Assembly: GCA_000004985.1 (NCBI GenBank)
Contig: GG738903.1
Strand: one strand, 5' to 3'
DNA from: Naegleria gruberi
Taxonomy: Eukaryota
DNA: 64,000 bases
Shown: one piece after another, positions 62,432 through 64,000 of the stretch
How the letters are laid out: each line of letters starts with the position of its first letter
Numbering within the stretch: the first letter of the stretch is position 1
Made by a program: the position numbers and the translations under genes
The notes under the pieces: model-generated
What the model saw: only the letters and a program-made list of their open reading frames with translations
The model's database searches: none
What the model was told of the DNA's origin: nothing

Positions 62432-64000
62432 AATGAAGAAACCAACAATGAAAGCAGCGCCGAAACTCCCACCACTCCCATCGTTCCCATTGTTCGGGAT
62501 GGTCTAGAAGTTGATCAAATCCTACAACTGCCCGATGATGACGAAAATTCAAGTCTCGATTTAAAATTATTTTGTAAATTATTTGCATTAGATTATGGAC
62601 AACAGAATTTACTAGAACATGCAGAAAGCAATGAGAAACAAATTAGAAAAATTGAGGAATTTATATTTGAGTTTACGCGTGTTGAATCGGAGGAGGATGG
62701 ATCGTCGTCGTCATCATCTTCTGAAGAAGAAGAGGATGAAGATTCTGATAATGAAAGGAATGATGATGATCGTGATCATTCGGAAGAGAGAAGAGATCAT
62801 TCTGATGATGAAGATGTCATCACAGAGGAACAAATATCAAACGTAATGCAAGAAATTAAGAATGATATTAAAAAAGAGCAAGATAATCGTACTTTAAATC
62901 ATCATCATCATCATCAGGCATCAGCATCATCATCACAAGAGCCTAGCAGTAGTAATAGTACTAATAGTAATGAAGTAAATATTCAAATGATTGATCGAGA
63001 AGATTCCGAAAAGGATCATAATGATGATGATGACGATGACAATGACGAATGTTCAATTTACAAGACAGAACCAACAAGTACCAAGCTTAACATTCTCACA
63101 CTTTCTTCCTTAAATTATTCACCCTATGAACATCCAGATAGATTCGAGGTTAGAAATATCATGTATTTTAGTAATGTAACAAAATGTAAATTATTCAAGG
63201 AGAAGCAATTTATTGGGATTTCGGAAATTATTGATACCTTCTACAAACAGAAGAAGGTTCAATTGCCAAACTTTATAATTTTCCAAATTCTATTTGCAAT
63301 TGTGGAAAAGTTGTATGAAATGAATGAAGCAGGTTTACTTAAGAGAATTCCAAATATTGAACAAGATGAACACTTGTTTTATTTGAATAGAAATAGACAC
63401 GTCGAGAAATACCATGTCATTGAAAGATTATTTTTGGATAATGTTGAAATTTCACCAAAATTTAAGACTGTATTCCACTTTCAAGATCAAGTTGGATATT
63501 CTCAATTTGTTGATGTAAATATTAATGATAATTTTGAAAAGACAATCAAAAATTTAGACATGTACGAGAGTGATATCATATTTTGTTTGGGAATATTCAT
63601 TTTGGAAATAATGTTCTCCACAACAAGTGCACATAGAATGATTTTCAAAATATTATCACAACCATATAATGAACCACTCGTCTGTGAAATGATGTTACAG
63701 GAGAATCGTAACAATTGGTGCATGATTAGAATTATCCTGTCCATGTTGAGAATTAACGAGCCATACAGACTTGTACCGAAACCATTTTATGAAAATCCAA
63801 CAATTGAGGATGTCAACTTTGTGCCCAGAATTACGTTGGAGAATTTAATTGGTATTGAATTGCCACACGTTTGTACAATTTTAGCAGAAGATAGAAAAAT
63901 TTTCGAATACTTTCTTGCCCCAGTGCTTTCCAAGCTCACAATTCCATATCCTTCCCACATGCTCAATAATCCACTTCATCCCTCCTCATACAAGTACATA
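62432..64000 (+). CDS. Partial CDS (open to the window end): acidic, Ser/Asp/His-rich N-terminal region followed by a complex C-terminal region
   Basis: Hand translation from ATG 62432 (MKKPTMKAAPETPTTPIVPIVRDGLEVDQ…SSSSSSSEEEEDEDSDNERNDDDRDH…NHHHHHQASASSSQ…FKILSQPYNEPLVCEMMLQENRNNWCMIRIILSML…) runs 523 codons with no stop to position 64000. It is absent from the ORF track, presumably because it has no stop in the window. I translated it by hand and recommend checking the frame by software. Confidence 0.45.

Noticed and set aside
62416-62514. An ATG at 62416 that I first read as the start of the long terminal ORF
   Set aside because: Careful codon counting shows that frame stops after 33 codons. 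The long open frame is the +1 frame starting at ATG 62432 (or 62447).
1-64000. tRNA genes and other RNA genes
   Set aside because: I scanned for T-arm (GGTTCGAATCC/GTTCRANYC) and D-arm signatures and found none. GC-richer intergenic patches (e.g. 17990-18110, 42590-42700) lack cloverleaf or snRNA hallmarks. Not excluded, just unsupported without a covariance-model search.
1-64000. Prokaryotic interpretation (operons, defence islands, CRISPR)
   Set aside because: Genes carry GT…AG introns with conserved GTAAGT donors, signal-peptide/GPI/7TM/RGS/TRIM-NHL/F-box architectures, poly-Q/N tracts and divergent or convergent gene pairs with AT-rich spacers. No Shine-Dalgarno-spaced operon structure, no direct-repeat/spacer arrays.

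Overview
This window is eukaryotic nuclear DNA, not prokaryotic. It is AT-rich (roughly two-thirds A+T) and gene-dense, with about 35 protein-coding genes on both strands. Genes are mostly single-exon or have a few very short spliceosomal introns of 43-147 nt (one candidate of 23 nt), with GTAAGT, GTGAGT or GTATGT donors and (T/A/C)AG acceptors. I saw no rRNA, tRNA, CRISPR array or operon structure. Many first M residues in the supplied ORF track are GTG or TTG codons, so I moved the starts to the first in-frame ATG and stitched adjacent ORFs where donor, acceptor and frame agree. Low-complexity N, Q, S, T and E runs are common. Recognisable products include: a 7TM receptor fused to an RGS domain; a Frizzled-like Cys-rich 7TM receptor; a tandem family of four or five novel 7TM receptors; a Brat-like B-box/coiled-coil/NHL protein; an F-box/SPRY protein; an ankyrin plus double-BTB protein; a double-BTB/T1 protein; a TLDc protein; a G-patch protein; a UBX protein; a TM2-domain protein; a PAP2 lipid phosphate phosphatase; a CXXC zinc-binding (DUF866) protein; a GT61 glycosyltransferase; a coiled-coil plus DIL-domain protein; three short-chain dehydrogenase/reductase (SDR) genes; a bacterial-type solute-binding protein; and a giant C-terminally anchored surface glycoprotein. 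Structural highlights: an inverted segmental duplication of an SDR gene with mosaic divergence and a 1.3-kb insertion in one promoter; a 546-bp TA-flanked element with perfect 23-bp terminal inverted repeats; three single-base frameshifted genes (an NHL-repeat gene, a 7TM paralog and a truncated kinase); and a 50-N assembly gap. The taxon cannot be fixed from sequence alone. The gene set (Brat-like NHL, F-box/SPRY, ABTB1-like, 7TM-RGS, prion-like N/Q tracts) fits a compact AT-rich opisthokont or amoebozoan-type genome; a dictyostelid-like amoeba, a basal fungus, or a compact metazoan such as a rotifer all remain possible.
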